Assembly: GCA_026770705.1 (NCBI GenBank)
Contig: JANJGN010000011.1
Span: 13,826,001-13,890,000 of the forward strand
Length of the DNA stretch: 64,000 bases
Direction: 5' to 3'
Origin: Isurus oxyrinchus
Taxonomy: Eukaryota
The notes under the pieces are model-generated. The model was not told the DNA's origin, made no database searches, and worked only from the letters and a program-made list of their open reading frames with translations. Made by a program: the position numbers and the translations under genes. Below are positions 14,628 to 30,660 of this stretch, in pieces (position 1 is the first letter of the stretch; each line of letters begins with the position of its first letter).

Positions 14628-17600
14628 TGTAATGGGCACTCTTTAATCAACTGTACAAAAGTGTGAAATAGATATCATTCAATCAACTGTACAACAGTGT
14701 GAAACATGCACTAATCAATCAACTGTACAACTATGTGAAATGGGCACCATTCAATCAAATTCAGCAAACTGGGAAATTTATGATAATTACTCAAAAGTTC
14801 AACATTGTGAAATGGACACCATTCAATCAACTGTACAACAGTGTCAAGTGTGCAATATATAATCATCTGTACAAGATTGTAAAATAGATGCCATTCAATC
14901 AACTGTAATACAGTGTGAAATCGACACCATTCAATCAGTTGTAGAACAGGGTGAAATGTGCACTAATTACTCAAATGTTCAAAAGTGTGAAATGGAAATT
15001 ATTCAATCTGTACAACAGTGTGAAATGGGCACTATTTAATTAACAGTACAACAGTGAGAAATAGATACCATTAAATCAACTGTACAACTGTTTAAAACAG
15101 GCACTAATCAATCAACTGTTCAACAGTGTGAAATGTAAACTATTCAATCAGCTGTCCAACAGCTTGAAATGGACACCATTCAATTCACTGAACAACAGAG
15201 TGAAATTGGCACAATACAATCAACTGTTCAACAGTATGAAATGGACATCATTCAATCAGCTGTAAAACAGTTTGAAATAGATACCATTTAATGACCTGTA
15301 CACCAGTGAAAAATAGGCAACATTCAAGCAACTGTATCACAATGTGAAATTGGCACTAATTAATCAACTGTACAACAATGTGCAATGTGCCCTATTTAAT
15401 TAACTGTACATATCTGTGAAATGGGCACTATTAACTCAACTGTTCAACATTGTAAAATGGGCACCATTCAATCAACTGTACAAAAGTGTGTAATGGGCAC
15501 AATTCAATCAACTGTAAAACTGTGATTAATGAAAACCTTTCAATCAAGTATAGAGCAGTGTGAAATGGGCACCATTCAATCAACGGTAGAACAGTGGGCA
15601 ATGTGCACTCAACTGTTCAACAGTGTGAAATATACTCCACTCAAACAAATGTACAACAGTGTGAAATGTGCATTATTTAATCAACTGTAAAACAGTGTGA
15701 AATACTTACTGTTCAATTAAAAGTACGACAGAGTGAAATGGGCACCATTTAGTCAACTGTACATGAGTGTGAAATAGATACCATTCAATCAACTGTATAA
15801 CAGTGTGAAATGTGTACTGTTTAATTAACAGTACAAATTTAAGAAATTGGCACCATTGAAATCAAAATAGATAAATCTGTCTAAAACAGGCACTAGTGAA
15901 TCAACTGTTGAACAGTGTGAAATGGATATCATTAAGCAGCCAGCTGTACAACAGTGTGAAATAGTTACCATTCAATAAATAAACTGTACAGCATTATGAA
16001 ATGGGCACCATTCAACCAAATGTACAACTGGGTGAAATGGGCACTGTTCAATCAACTGTACAAAAGAGTGAAATGGGCACCAATCAAAAAATAATACAAC
16101 AGAGTGTAATGGGCACTCTTTAATCAACTGTACAAAAGTGTGAAATAGATATCATTCAATCAACTGTACAACAGTGTGAAACATGCACTAATCAATCAAC
16201 TGTACAACTATGTGAAATGGGCACCATTCAATCAAATTTAGCAAACTGGGAAATTTATGATAATTACTCAAAAGTTCAACATTGTGAAATGGACACCATT
16301 CAATCAACTGTACAACAGTGTCAAGTGTGCAATATATAATCATCTGTACAAGATTGTAAAATAGATGCCATTCAATCAACTGTAATACAGTGTGAAATCG
16401 ACACCATTCAATCAGTTGTAGAACAGGGTGAAATGTGCACTAATTACTCAAATGTTCAAAAGTGTGAAATGGAAATTATTCAATCTGTACAACAGTGTGA
16501 AATGGGCACTATTTAATTAACAGTACAACAGTGAGAAATAGATACCATTAAATCAACTGTACAACTGTTTAAAACAGGCACTAATCAATCAACTGTTCAA
16601 CAGTGTGAAATGTAAACTATTCAATCAGCTGTCCAACAGCTTGAAATGGACACCATTCAATTCACTGAACAACAGAGTGAAATTGGCACAATACAATCAA
16701 CTGTTCAACAGTATGAAATGGACATCATTCAATCAGCTGTAAAACAGTTTGAAATAGATACCATTTAATGACCTGTACACCAGTGAAAAATAGGCAACAT
16801 TCAAGCAACTGTATCACAATGTGAAATTGGCACTAATTAATCAACTGTACAACAATGTGCAATGTGCCCTATTTAATTAACTGTACATATTTGTGAAATG
16901 GGCACTATTCACTCAACTGTTCAACATTGTAAAATGGGCACCATTCAATCAACTGTACAAAAGTGTGTAATGGGCACAATTCAATCAACTGTAAAACTGT
17001 GATTAATGAAAACCTTTCAATCAAGTATAGAGCAGTGTGAAATGGGCACCATTCAATCAACGGTAGAACAGTGGGCAATGTGCACTCAACTGTTCAACAG
17101 TGTGAAATATACTCCACTCAAACAAATGTACAACAGTGTGAAATGTGCATTATTTAATCAACTGTAAAACAGTGTGAAATACTTACTGTTCAATTAAAAG
17201 TACGACAGAGTGAAATGGGCACCATTTAGTCAACTGTACATGAGTGTGAAATAGATACCATTCAATCAACTGTACAACAGTGTGAAATGTGTACTGTTTA
17301 ATTAACAGTACAAATTTAAGAAATTGGCACCATTGAAATCAAAATAGATAAATCTGTCTAAAACAGGCACTAGTGAATCAACTGTTGAACAGTGTGAAAT
17401 GGATATCATTAAGCAGCCAGCTGTACAACAGTGTGAAATAGTTACCATTCAATAAATAAACTGTACAGCATTATGAAATGGGCACCATTCAACCAAATGT
17501 ACAACTGGGTGAAATGGGCACTGTTCAATCAACTGTACAAAAGAGTGAAATGGGCACCAATCAAAAAATAGTACAACAGAGTGTAATGGGCACTCTTTAA

Positions 17601-17714
17601 TCAACTGTACAAAAGTGTGAAATAGATATCAATCAATCAACTGTACAACAGTGTGAAACATGCACTAATCAATCAACTGTACAACTATGTGAAATGGGCA
17701 CCATTCAATCAAAT
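14628..17714. repeat. Higher-order repeat, about 2 copies of a 1477-bp unit, followed by a more diverged partial copy
   Basis: ORFs at 14711/16188/17665 (offset 1477). Shared rare indels, e.g. AAGCAGCCAGCTG and AATAAATAAACTG near 15935 and 17412. Confidence 0.9.
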
Positions 17715-20700
17715 GTAAGACTGTGCGACATGGGCACCATTCAATCAAATTTAGCAAACTGGGAAATTTACGATAATTACTCAAAAGGTCAACATTGTGA
17801 AATGGACACCATTCAATCAACTGTACAACATTGTCAAGTGTGCAATATATAATCATCTGTACAAGATTGTGAAATAGGTGCCATTCAATCAACTATAATA
17901 CAGTGCGAAATCGGCACCATTCAATCAATTGTAGAACAGGGTGAAATGTGCACTAATTACTCAACTGTTCAAAAGTGTGAAATGGAAATTATTCAATCTG
18001 TACAACAGTGTGAAATGGGCACTATTTAATTAACTGTACAACAGTGAGAAATAGATACCATTAAATCAACTGTAAAACTGTTTAAAACAGGCACTAATCA
18101 ATCAACTGTTCAACAGTGTGAAATGTAAACTACTCAATCAGCTGTCCAACATCTTGAAATGGGCACCATTCAATTCACTGAACAACAGTGTGAAATTGGC
18201 ACAATACAATCAACTGTTCAACAGTATGAAATGGACACCATTCAATCAGCTGTAAAACAGTTTGAAATAGATACCATTTAATCGCCTGTACACCAGTGAA
18301 AAATAGGCAACATTCAAGCAACTGTATCATAATGTGAAATTGGCACTAATTAATCAACTGTACAACAATGTGCAATGTGCCCTGTTAATTAACTGTACAC
18401 ATTTGTGAAATGGGCACTATTCAATCAACTGATCAACAGTGTGAAATGGACACCATTCAATCAATTGTACGACAGTGTGAAATAGGCTCCATTAAATCAA
18501 CTGTACAAATGTGTAAAACAGGCACTAATCAATCAACTGTTCATCAGTGTGAAATGGACACCATTCAATCAGCTGTACAAAAGTGTGAGGGAGATACCAT
18601 TCAATCAATTGTCCAACAGTGTGAAATAGACACCCTTAAATCAACTGTATAACTCTGTAGTAAAGTCAATAATCAATCAACTGTTCAACATTGTAAAATG
18701 GACACCATTCAATCAACTGTACAAAAGTGTGTAATGGGCACAATTCAATCAACTGTAAAACTGTGATTAATGGAAACCTTTCAATCAAGTATAGAGCAGT
18801 GTGATATGGGCAACATTCAATCAACTGCAGAACAGTGGGGAATGTGCACTAATTACTCAACTGTTCAACAGTGTGAAATGGACACCATTCAATCAGTTGT
18901 GCAACAATGAAATGTGCACTAATTAATGAACTGTTAAACAGTGTTAAATAGATACCATTCAATGAACTGTACGACAGATTGATAATTGGCAATATTCAAG
19001 GAACTGTTCTACAGTTTGAAAGGGACACCATTCAACCAACTGTACAACATTGTGAAATAGAAACCATTAAATCAACTGTGCAGCTCGGTAAAACAGGCAC
19101 CCATGAATCAAATGTTCAATGTTGTGACATGAACAAAATTCAATAAGCTGAACAAAAGTGTGAAATAGATACCATTCAATCAACTGTACAATAATGAGAA
19201 ACATGGACCCTTTAATTAACTGTACAACTTTGTGAAATGGGCACCATTCAATCAATTGTACGACTGTGTGAAATGTGCACCATTCCATTAAATGTACAGC
19301 AGTGTGAAATAGGTACCATTCAATGAAATGTTGAACACTGGGAAATATGTACTAATTACTCAACAGTTCAAGAGTGCGAAATGGACACCATTCAATCAAC
19401 TGTACAACTGTTTCAAGTGTGCAGTATTAAATCAACTGTACAAGCTTGTGAAATAGATATCATTCAACCAAATGTATAACAATGTGAAATCTGCACTATT
19501 TAATTAACATTAAAAATTTATGAATGGGCACCATTAAATCAACAGTACAGCAGTGTGAAATGGGCACCTTCAATCAACTGTACAACAGTGTGAAATGAGC
19601 ATCATTTAACCATCTGTACAACTTTGAGAAAGGGACACCTTTGAATCAAGAGAACAGAAGATTGAAAAGGGAAACATTCGATCAACTGTGGAACAGTGGG
19701 AAATGTGCACTAAATACTCAACTGTTCAACAGTGTGAAATATACTCCACTCAAACAAATGTACAACAGTGTGAAATGTGCATTATTTAATCAACTGTAAA
19801 ACAGTGTGAAATAGTTACCATTCAATCAAAAGTACGACAGAGTGAAATGTGCACCATTCAAAATATTGTCTAACAGAGTGAAATGGGCACCATTTAGTCA
19901 ACTGTACATGAGTGTGAAATAGATACCATTCAAACAACTGTACAACAGTGTGAAATGGGCATTAATCAATCAACTGTACAACATTGTGAAATGTGCAATA
20001 TTTAATTAACTGTACAAATTTTTGAAATTGGCACCATTCGAATCAAAATAGATAAATCAACTATACAACTGTCTAAAACAGGCACTAGTGAATCAACTGT
20101 TGAACAGTGTGAAATTGACATCATTCAGTCAGCTGTACAACAGTGTGAAATTGTTACCATTCAATAAACTGTACAACAATATGAAATAGGCACCATTCAA
20201 CCAAATGTACAACAGTGTGAAGTGGGCACTGTTCAATCAACTGTACAAAAGTGTGAAATGAGCACCAATCAAAAAACAGTACATCAGAGTGAAATGGGCT
20301 CTCTTTAATCAACTGTACAAATGTGTGAAATAGAGATCATTAAATCAACTGTACTACAGTGTGAAACATGCACTGATCAATCAACTGTACAACTTTGTGA
20401 AATGGGCACCATTCAATCAAATGTAAAACTGTGCACAGTGGGCACGATTCAATCAAATGTACAGCAGCAGGAAATGGGTACCATTCAATCAAATTTAGCA
20501 AACGGGGAAATTTACGCTAATTACTCAAAAGTTCAACATTGTGAAATGGAGACCATTCAATCAACTGTACAACAGTGTCAAGTGTTCACTATTTAATCAT
20601 CTGTACAAGATTGTGAAATAGATGCCATTCAATCAACTATAATACAGTGTGAAAGCGGCACCACTCAATCAATCGTACAACAGGGTGAAATGTGCACTAA

Positions 20701-23700
20701 TTACTCAACTGTTCAAAAGTGTGAAATGGACACCATTCAATCAACTGTACAACAGTGTGAAATGGGCACTATTTAATTAACTGTACAACAGTGAGAAATG
20801 GATACCATTAAATCAACTGTACAACTGTTTAAAACAGGCACTAATCAATCAACTGTTCAACAATGTGAAATGTAAACTATTCAATAAGCTGTCCAGCAGT
20901 GTGAAATAGGTACCATTCAATCAACTGTCCAACAGAGTGAAATGGACATCATTCAATTCACTGAACAACAGTGTGAAATTGGCACGATACAATCAATTGT
21001 TCAACAGTATGAAATGGACACAATTCAATCAGCTGTAAAACAGTTTGAAATAGATACCATTTAATCGCCTGTACACCAGTGAAAAATAGGCAACATTCAA
21101 GCAACTGTATCACAATGTGAAATTGGCACTAATTGATCAACTGTACAACAATGTGCAATGTGCCCTATTTAATTAACTGTACACATTTGTGAAATGGGCA
21201 CTATTCAATCAACTGTTCAACAGTGTGAAATGGACACCATTCAATCAGCTGTAAAACAGTTTGAAATAGATACCATTTAATTGCCTGTACACCAGTGAAA
21301 AATAGGCAAAATTCAAGCAACTGTATCACAATGTGAAATTGGCACTAATTAATCTTTTGTACAACAATGTGCAATGTGCCCTATTTAATTAACTGCACAC
21401 ATTTGTGAAATGGGCACCTTTCAATAAACTGTTCAACAGTGTGAAATGGACACCATTCAATCAACTGTACGACAGTGTGAAATAGGTACCATTAAATCAA
21501 CTGTACAAATGTGTAAAACGGGCACTAATCAATCAACTGTTCATCAGTGTGAAATGGACACCATTCAATCAACTGTACAAAAGTGTGAGGTAGATACCAT
21601 TCAATCAATTCTCCAACAGTGTGACACCTTTAAATCAACTGTATAACTCTGTAATAAAGGCATAATCAATCAACTGCTCAACATTGTAAAATGGACACCA
21701 TTCAATCAACTGTAGAACAGTGGGAAATGTGCAATATTTAATCAGTTGTACAACAATGTGAAATGTGCACTAATTAATGAACTGTAAAACAGTGTTAAAT
21801 AGATACCATTCAATGAACTGTATGACAGATTGATAATTGACAAAATTCAAGGAACTGTTCTACAGTTTGAAAGGGACACTATTCAACCAACTTTATAACA
21901 CTGTGAAATAGAAACCATTAAATCAACTGTGCAGCACGGTAAAACAGGCACTCATGAATCAAATGTTCAATGTTGTGATATGGACAAAATTCAATAAGCC
22001 GGACAAAAGTGTGAAATAGATACAATTCAATCAACTGTAAAACAATGAGACACATGGACCCTTTAATTAACTGTACAACTTTGTGAAATGGGCACCAATC
22101 AATTGTACGACTGTGTGAAATGTGCACCATTCCATCAAATGTACAGCAGTGTGAAATAGGTACCATTTAATGAAATGTAGAACACTGGGAAATATGTACT
22201 AATTACTCAACAGTTCAAGAGTGTGACGTGGACACCATTCAATCAACTGTACAACTGTGTGAAGTGTGCAGTATTTAATCAACTGTACAAGATTGTGAAA
22301 TAGATATCATTCAATCAAATGTATAACAATGTGAAATCTGCACTATATAATTAACAGTAAAAATTTATGAAAAGCGCACCATTAAATCAACTGTACAACA
22401 GTGTGAAATGGGCTCCATTCAATCAACTGTACAACAGTGTGAATTGAGCATCATTTAACCATCTGTACAACTTTGAGAAAGGGGCACCTTTGAATCAGGA
22501 GAACAGCAGAATGAAACGGGAAACATTCAATCAACTGTAGAACAGTGGGAAATGTGCACTAAATACTCAACTGTTCAACAGTGTGAAATGGCCACCATTC
22601 AATTTAATGTACAACAGTGTGAAATGTGCATTATTTAATCAACTGTACAACGTTGTGAAATGGTCAATATTCAATCAACGGTACAACAGTGTGAAGTGGG
22701 CCCTATTTGATCTATAGCACAACCATGTCAAATGTGCACTATTGAATGAACTGTATAACAATGAGAAATGTGCGCTATTCAATCAACTGTGCAACAGTGT
22801 GAAAAAATACTATTCAATCAACTGAACAACAGTGTGAAATGGGCACCATTCAAAATACTGTCCAACAGAATGAAATGGGCACCATTTAATCAACTGTACA
22901 TGAGTATGAAATAGATAACATTCAATCAACTGTACAACTATGAAATGGGCATTAATCAATCAACTGTACAACATTGTGAAATGTGCACTATTTAAGTAAC
23001 TGTACAAATTTGTGAAATGAGCACCATTTGAATCAAAATAGATACCATTAAATCAACTATACAACTGTCTAAATCAAGCACTTCTGAACCAACTGTTGAA
23101 CAGTGTGAAATGGACATCATTCAGTCAGCTGTACAACAGTGTGAAATAGATACCATTCAATAAACTGTACAACAATATGAAATGGGCACCATTCAATCAA
23201 ATGTACAACAGCGTGAAATGGGCACTCTTTATTAAACTGTACAAAAGTGTGAAATAGATACCATTCAATCAACTGTACAACAGCGTGAAACATGCACTAA
23301 TCAATGAACTGTACAACAAGATGAAATGGGCACCATTCAATCCAATGTACAGCAACGTGAAATGGGTACCTTCCAATCAAATCTAGAGCACTGGGAAGTA
23401 TACGCTATTTTCTCAAAAGTTCAACAGTGTGAAATGGACACCATTCAATCAACGGTAAAACAGTGTCAAGTGTGCATTATTTAATCATCTGTACAACAGC
23501 GTGAAATGTGCACCATTCAATCAAATGAACAACATTTCGAAATGAGAACCATTCAATCAACTGTTCAACAGGTTGAAATGGACAACATTCAACCAACTAT
23601 ACAACAGTGTGAAATGGGCACCATTAAATCAACTGTAGAAATGTGTAAAACAGGCACTAATGAATCAAATGTTCAACACTGTGAAATGTACACCATTCAC

Positions 23701-26700
23701 TCAGCTGTACAACATTGTGAAATAGATACCATTCAATCAACTGTACAACGTTGTGAAATGGGCACTATTCAATCAACTGAAAAACTGTGTGAAATGGGCA
23801 CTATTCAATCAACTGTACAACAGTATGAAATTGGCAACATTCGAACAACTCTCCAACAGTGTGAAATGGGTACTATTTAATCAAATGTACAAGATGCTGA
23901 AATTAATACCATTCTATCAACTGTACAACAGTGTGAAATGGGCACTAATCAACCTATTGTACATCAATGTGAAATTTACACCATTTAATTAACTGTACAA
24001 CTTTGTGAAATTGGCACCATTCAATCAACTGTACAAAAGTGTGAAATGGGCACCATTCAATCAACTGTACGACTGTGTGCAGTGGGCACCAAGCAATCAA
24101 CTGTACAGCAGAGTGAAATGGGTACCATTGAATCATACGTAGAACACTCAGAAATATGCACTAATTACTCAACAGTTCAAAAGTGTGAAATGGACACAAT
24201 TCAAACAACTGTACAACAGTGTGAAGGGCATACTATTTAATCAATTGTACAAGATTGTGAAATTGATGCCATTCAATCAACTGTACAACAATGTGAAATG
24301 GGCGCGATTTAATTAACTGTACAACTTTGTGAAATGGGCACCCTTCAATCATCGGTAGAGCAGTGTCAAATGGGCACCATTTGTTCAAATGTTGAAGAGT
24401 AGGAAATATGCACTAACTGCTCAACTGTTCAACAGTGTGAAATGGACAGAATTCAATCAACTGTACAACAGTGTGAAATGTGCAATATTTAATCAATTGC
24501 ACAAGATTCTGAAATAGGTACAATTCAAACAACTGTACAGCAGTGCGCAATCGGCACTAATCAATCAAATGTACAACAATGCGAAATGTGCATAATTTAA
24601 TTAATTGTAAAAATTTGTGAAATGGGCACCATTAAATCATCTGCACAACAGAGTGAAATTGGCACCATTTAATCAACTGTACAAATGTGAGAAATGGGCA
24701 CCATTCAATCAACTGAACAACAGCGTGAAATGGGCACTATTCAATCACCTGTACAACAGTGTGAAGTGGGCATCATTTAATTAACTGTACAACAATGTGA
24801 ATTGTACACTATTTAATCAACTGAACAACAATGTGAAATGTGCACTATTTAATCAACTGTAAAACAGTGTGAAATAGATACCATTCAATCAACTGTATGA
24901 CAGTGCGAAATGAACACAGTTCAACCAACTGTACAACAGTGTGAAATAGATGCCATTAACTCAACTGTACAACTGTGTAAAACAGGCACTAATCAATCAA
25001 CGATTCAATGTTGTGAAATGGACAGCATTCCTTAAGCTGTACAACAGTGTGAAATAATTTTCAACCAATCAACTGTGTAACTTTTTGAAATGGGTACCAT
25101 TTAATCAACTCTACAACCATGTGAAATGAATACCATTCAATCATCTGTACAGCAGTATGAAATGGGCACCATTCAATCAAATGTACAAATTTGTGAAATG
25201 TGCACTATTTAATAAACTGTGCAAGATTGTGAAATAGATACTATTCCATAAACTGTTCAACAGTCTGAAATGGACAGCATTCAACCAACTGTACAAAAGT
25301 GTGAAATAGACATCATTAAATCAATTATACAACTGTGTAAAACAGGCATTATTCAAACAACTATTCAACAGTGTGAAATGGACACCATTCAATTAGCTGT
25401 ACAACAGTTGAAATAGATACCATTCAATCAACTGCACAAATGTGAGAGATGGGCACCATTTAATCAAATTAACAACAATGTGAAATGTGCACTATTTAAC
25501 CAATTGTACAACAATGTGAAATGTACACTATTTAATCTACTGTAAAACAGTGTGTAATAGATACCATTCAATCAACTGTATGACAGTGTGAAATGGACGC
25601 CATTCAACCAACTGCATAACAGTGTGAAATAGATATCATTAAATCAACTGTACACCTGTGTAAAACAGGCACTAATAAGTCAAATGTTCAACGTTGTGAA
25701 ATGGGCACTAATCAATCAACTGTACAACAATGTGAAATGTGCACTATTTAATTAACTGTACAATATTTTGAAAGAGAACTATTCAATCAACTCTACAACT
25801 GTGTGAAATGAGCACCATTCAATCATCTGTACAGCAGTCTGAAATGGACACCATTCAATCAAATGTACAACATTGTGAAATGTGCAGTATTTAATAAACT
25901 GTACAAGATTGTGAAATAGATACTATTCAATCAACTGTTCAACAGTGCGAAATGGACAAAATTCAATCAGCTGTACAACAGTGTGAAATAGATACCATTA
26001 AATCAACTGTACAACTGTGTAAAACAGGCACAAATCAAACAACTGCTCAACTGTGAGAAATGGGCACCATTTAATCAACTGTACAACAATGTGAAATGTG
26101 CACTATTTAACCAACAGTACAACAGTGTGAAATGTGCACTATTTAATGAACTGAACAACAATATGAAATGTGCACTATTTAATCTACTATAAAACAGTGT
26201 GTAATAGATAACATTCAATCAACTGTACGACAGTGTGAAATGGACACCATTCAACCAACTGCATAACAGTCTGAAATAGATGCCATTAAATCAACTGTAA
26301 AACTGTGTAAAACATGCACTAATCAATCAAATGTTCAATTTTGTGAAAAGGAGAGCATTCAATAAGCAGTACAACAGTGTGAAATGGGCACTAATCAATC
26401 AAATGTACAACAACGTGAAATGTGCACTATTTAATTAACTGTAAAACATTGTGAAATGGGCACCATTCAATCAACTCTACAACTTTGTTAAATGGGCACC
26501 ATTCAATCACCTGTACAGCAGTGTGAAATGGGCACCATTCAATCAAATGTACAACAGTGTAAAATGTGCACTATTTAATAAACTGTACAAGATTGTGAAA
26601 TAGATACTATTCAATCAACTGTACAACAGTGTGAAATTTGCACGAATGAATCAATTGAACAACAATGTGAAATGTGCACTATTTAATCTACTGTAAAATA

Positions 26701-29700
26701 GTGTGCAATGGATACCATTAAATCAACTGTACAACAGTGTGAAATGGACATCATTCAACCAAATGTGTAACAGTGTGAAATAGATTCCATTAAATCAACT
26801 GTACAACTGTGTAAAACAGGCACTAATCAATCAAATGTTCAATGTTGTGAAATGGAGAACATTCAATAAGCTGTACAACAGTGTGAAATAGCTATCATTC
26901 AATCAACTGTATAACATTGTGAAATGTGCACTATTTAGTTAACTGTACAACTTTGTGAAATGGGCAACATTCAATCATCTGCATAGCAGTGTGAAATGGG
27001 CACCATTCAATCAAATGTACAACAGTGTAAAATGTGCACTATTTAATAAACTCCACAAGATTGTGAAATAGATACTATTCAACCAACTGTACAACAGTGT
27101 GAAATAGGCACCATTGAATCAACTGTACAACTGTGTAAAACAGGCTCTAATCAAACAACTGTTCAACAAACTGTAATAGATACCATTCAATCAACAGTAC
27201 TATGGGTGTTAATTGGGCATTATTCAATCAACTGTTCAACATTGTGAAATGGAAGCCATTCAATCAACTGTAGAACAGTGTGAAGTATGCACTATTAAAT
27301 CAACTGTTCAACAGTGTTAAATAGATACCATTCAATCAACTGTGCAAGTGTGAAATGGGCACCATTCAATAAACTGTACAACAGAGTGAAATGTGCTCTA
27401 TTTTATCAATTATAAAACAGTGTGAGAATGATACCATTCAACCAAACGTTCAACAGTACAAAGTGGGCACGATTAAATCAACTGATCAACAGTGCGACGT
27501 GAGCACTATTGAATCAACTGTACAACATTGTGAAAAGGGCAGTTTTAATCAACTATACAACAATATGAAATGTGCACTATTTAATCAACTGAACAACATT
27601 GTGAAATAGACACTATTCAATCAACGGTACGGCAGTGTGAAATGGGCACCATTCAATCAACTGAACAACAGTCTGAAATGGGCACTATGCAATCAACTGT
27701 ACAACAATGTGAAATGGGCAACATTCAATCAAAAGTACAACAGTGTGAATGAAATGTGCAGCATTAAATCAATAGTACAACAGTGTGAAATGGATACCAT
27801 TCAATCAAATGTACAACAGTTTGAAATGGGAACAATTCAATGAAGTGTACAACAGTGTGAAATGGACACCATACAATCAACTGTACAACCATGTGAAATG
27901 TGCACTATTTACCCAAATGTACACCAGTGTGAAATAGATACCATTCAAACAACTGTACTATGGGTGTGAATTGGGCATGATTCAATCAACAAATCAACAG
28001 TGTGACATTGGCCCCTATTCAATCAACTGTACAACATTGTGAAATGGACACTATTTAATCAGCTGCACAACAATATGAAATGTGCACTATTTAATCAACT
28101 GTATAACAGTTTGAAATAGATACTATTCAATCAACAGTACAAGAGTGTGAAATGGGCACCATTCAATCAACTGATCAACAGCCTGAAATGAGCACTATTC
28201 AATGAACAGTACAACAATGTGAAATGGGCACTATTCAATCAAAAGTACAACAGTGTGAAATGTACACTATTTAACCAACTATAAAACAGTGAGAAATGGG
28301 CACCAATTAATCAACTGTACAACAATGTGACATGTGCACTATTTAATCAACTGTACAACAGCCTGATATAGATAACATTCAATCAACTATACAACTGTGT
28401 GAAATGTGCCCTTTTCAATAAACGGTTCAATAGTATGAAATGGGACACATTCAATCAGCTGTACAACAGTGTGGAATGCTCACTATTTAATCAGCTGTCC
28501 AACTGTGTGAAATGTACACCATTCAATGAACTGTCCAACGGTGTGAAATGTGCACTATTTAATCATCTGTACAACAATGTGAATTGTGCAATATTTAATC
28601 AACTGTACAACAGTGTGAAAAAGATAACATTCAATCAGCTGTAGGAGAGTGTGAAATTGGCCCTATTCAATCAACTGTTCAACAGTGTGAAATGTGCATT
28701 ATTTAACCAACTGTACAACAGTGTGAACATGGCATTTTTCAATCAACTGTACAACAGTGTGAACAGGGCATTATTTAATCAACAGTACAAGAGTGTGAAA
28801 TATGCACAATTTAACACCCTGTGCAACATTGTGAAATATTACACCATTCAGTCAAATGTACAACAGTATGAAATGGAAACTATTCAATCAACTGCACAAC
28901 AGTGTGAAATGGGCATGATTCAATCAACTGTTCAGCATTCAATCCATTCTGTAAGAGTGTGAAATCGGCACCAGTCAATAAACTGTACAACAGTCTAACA
29001 TGGGCACGATTTTAGCCATTATAATAGTGTGAAAAAGATACCATTCAATCAACGTTCAACATTGTGAAGTGGGCATGCTTCAATCAGCTGTTATGTAGTG
29101 TGACATGGGCACTATTCAATCAACTGTACAACATTGTGAAATGGGCACTATTTAATCAACTGTACAACAATATGAAATGTGCACTAGTTAATGAACGAAC
29201 AACATTGTGAAATAGATACTATTCAATCAATGATACGGCAGTGTGAAATGGGCACCATTCAATCAACTGAACAACAGTCTAAAATGGGCACTATGCAATC
29301 AACTGTACAACAATGTGAAATGGACAACATTCAATCAAATGTACAACAGTGTGAAATATGCAGCATTAAATCAATGGTACAACAGTGTGAACTGGGCACT
29401 ATTCAATTAACTGTAAAACAGTGTGAAATGGACACTAGTTTATCAACGGCAAAACATTGTGAAATAGATAGCATTGAATGAACTGTATGATGGTGGGAAA
29501 TGGGCACTATTCAATCAACTGTTCAACATTGCGAAATGTGCACTATTAAATCAACTGTTCCACCGCGTGAAATAGATACCATTCAATCAACTACGCAACA
29601 GTGTGAAATGGCTATTAGTCAATCAACAGTACAACAATGTGAAATGGGCACTATTCAATCAACTGCACAACAGTATTAAATGTGCACTATTTAACAAACT

Positions 29701-30660
29701 GTACAACAGTGTGAAATAAATACCATTCAATCAACTGTACGACAGTGTGATATGTGCCATATTCATTCAACTGTTCAACAGTAGTGAACTGGGCACTATA
29801 CAATCCATTGTACAACAATGTGAAATGGGTACTACTCAATAAACAGTACAACAATCTAAAATTGGCAAAATTTAAACAACTGTGCAACAGTGTGAAATGG
29901 ATACATTCAATCAAATGTACAATAGTATCAAATGGGAACAATTCAATCAAGTGTACAACAGTGTGAAATGGACACCATACAATCAAATGTACAACTGTGT
30001 GAAATGTGCACTATTCAACCAACTGTACACCAGTGTGAAATAGATACCATTCAATATACTATACAGTTCAAATAAACTATACTATGGGTGTGAATTGGGC
30101 ACTATTCAATCAATTGTACAACATTGTGACATGGGCACTATTTAATCAACTGCACAACAATATGAAACGTGCAATATTTAATCAAATGTATAACAGTTTG
30201 AAATGGATACTATTCAATCAACAGTACAAGAGTGTGAAATGGGCACCATTCAATCAACTGATCAACAGCCTGAAATGAGCATTATTCAATGAACAGTACG
30301 ACAATGTGAAATGGGCACTATTCCTTCAAAAGTACAACAGTGTGAAATGTACACTATTTAATCAACTGTAAAACAGTGAAAAATGGGCACTATTCATCAA
30401 CTGTTCAACAGTGTGAAATGGGCACCAATTAATCAACTGTACAACAATGTGACATGTGCACTGTTTAATCAACTGTACAACAGCCTGACATAGATAACAT
30501 TCAATCAACTGTACGACTGTGTGAAATTACCCTTTCAATAAACAGTTCAATAGTATGAAATGGGACACATTCAATCAGCTGTACAACAGTGTGGAATGCT
30601 CGCTATTTAATCAGCTGTCCAACAGTGTGAAATGTACACCATTCAATGAACTGTCCAACA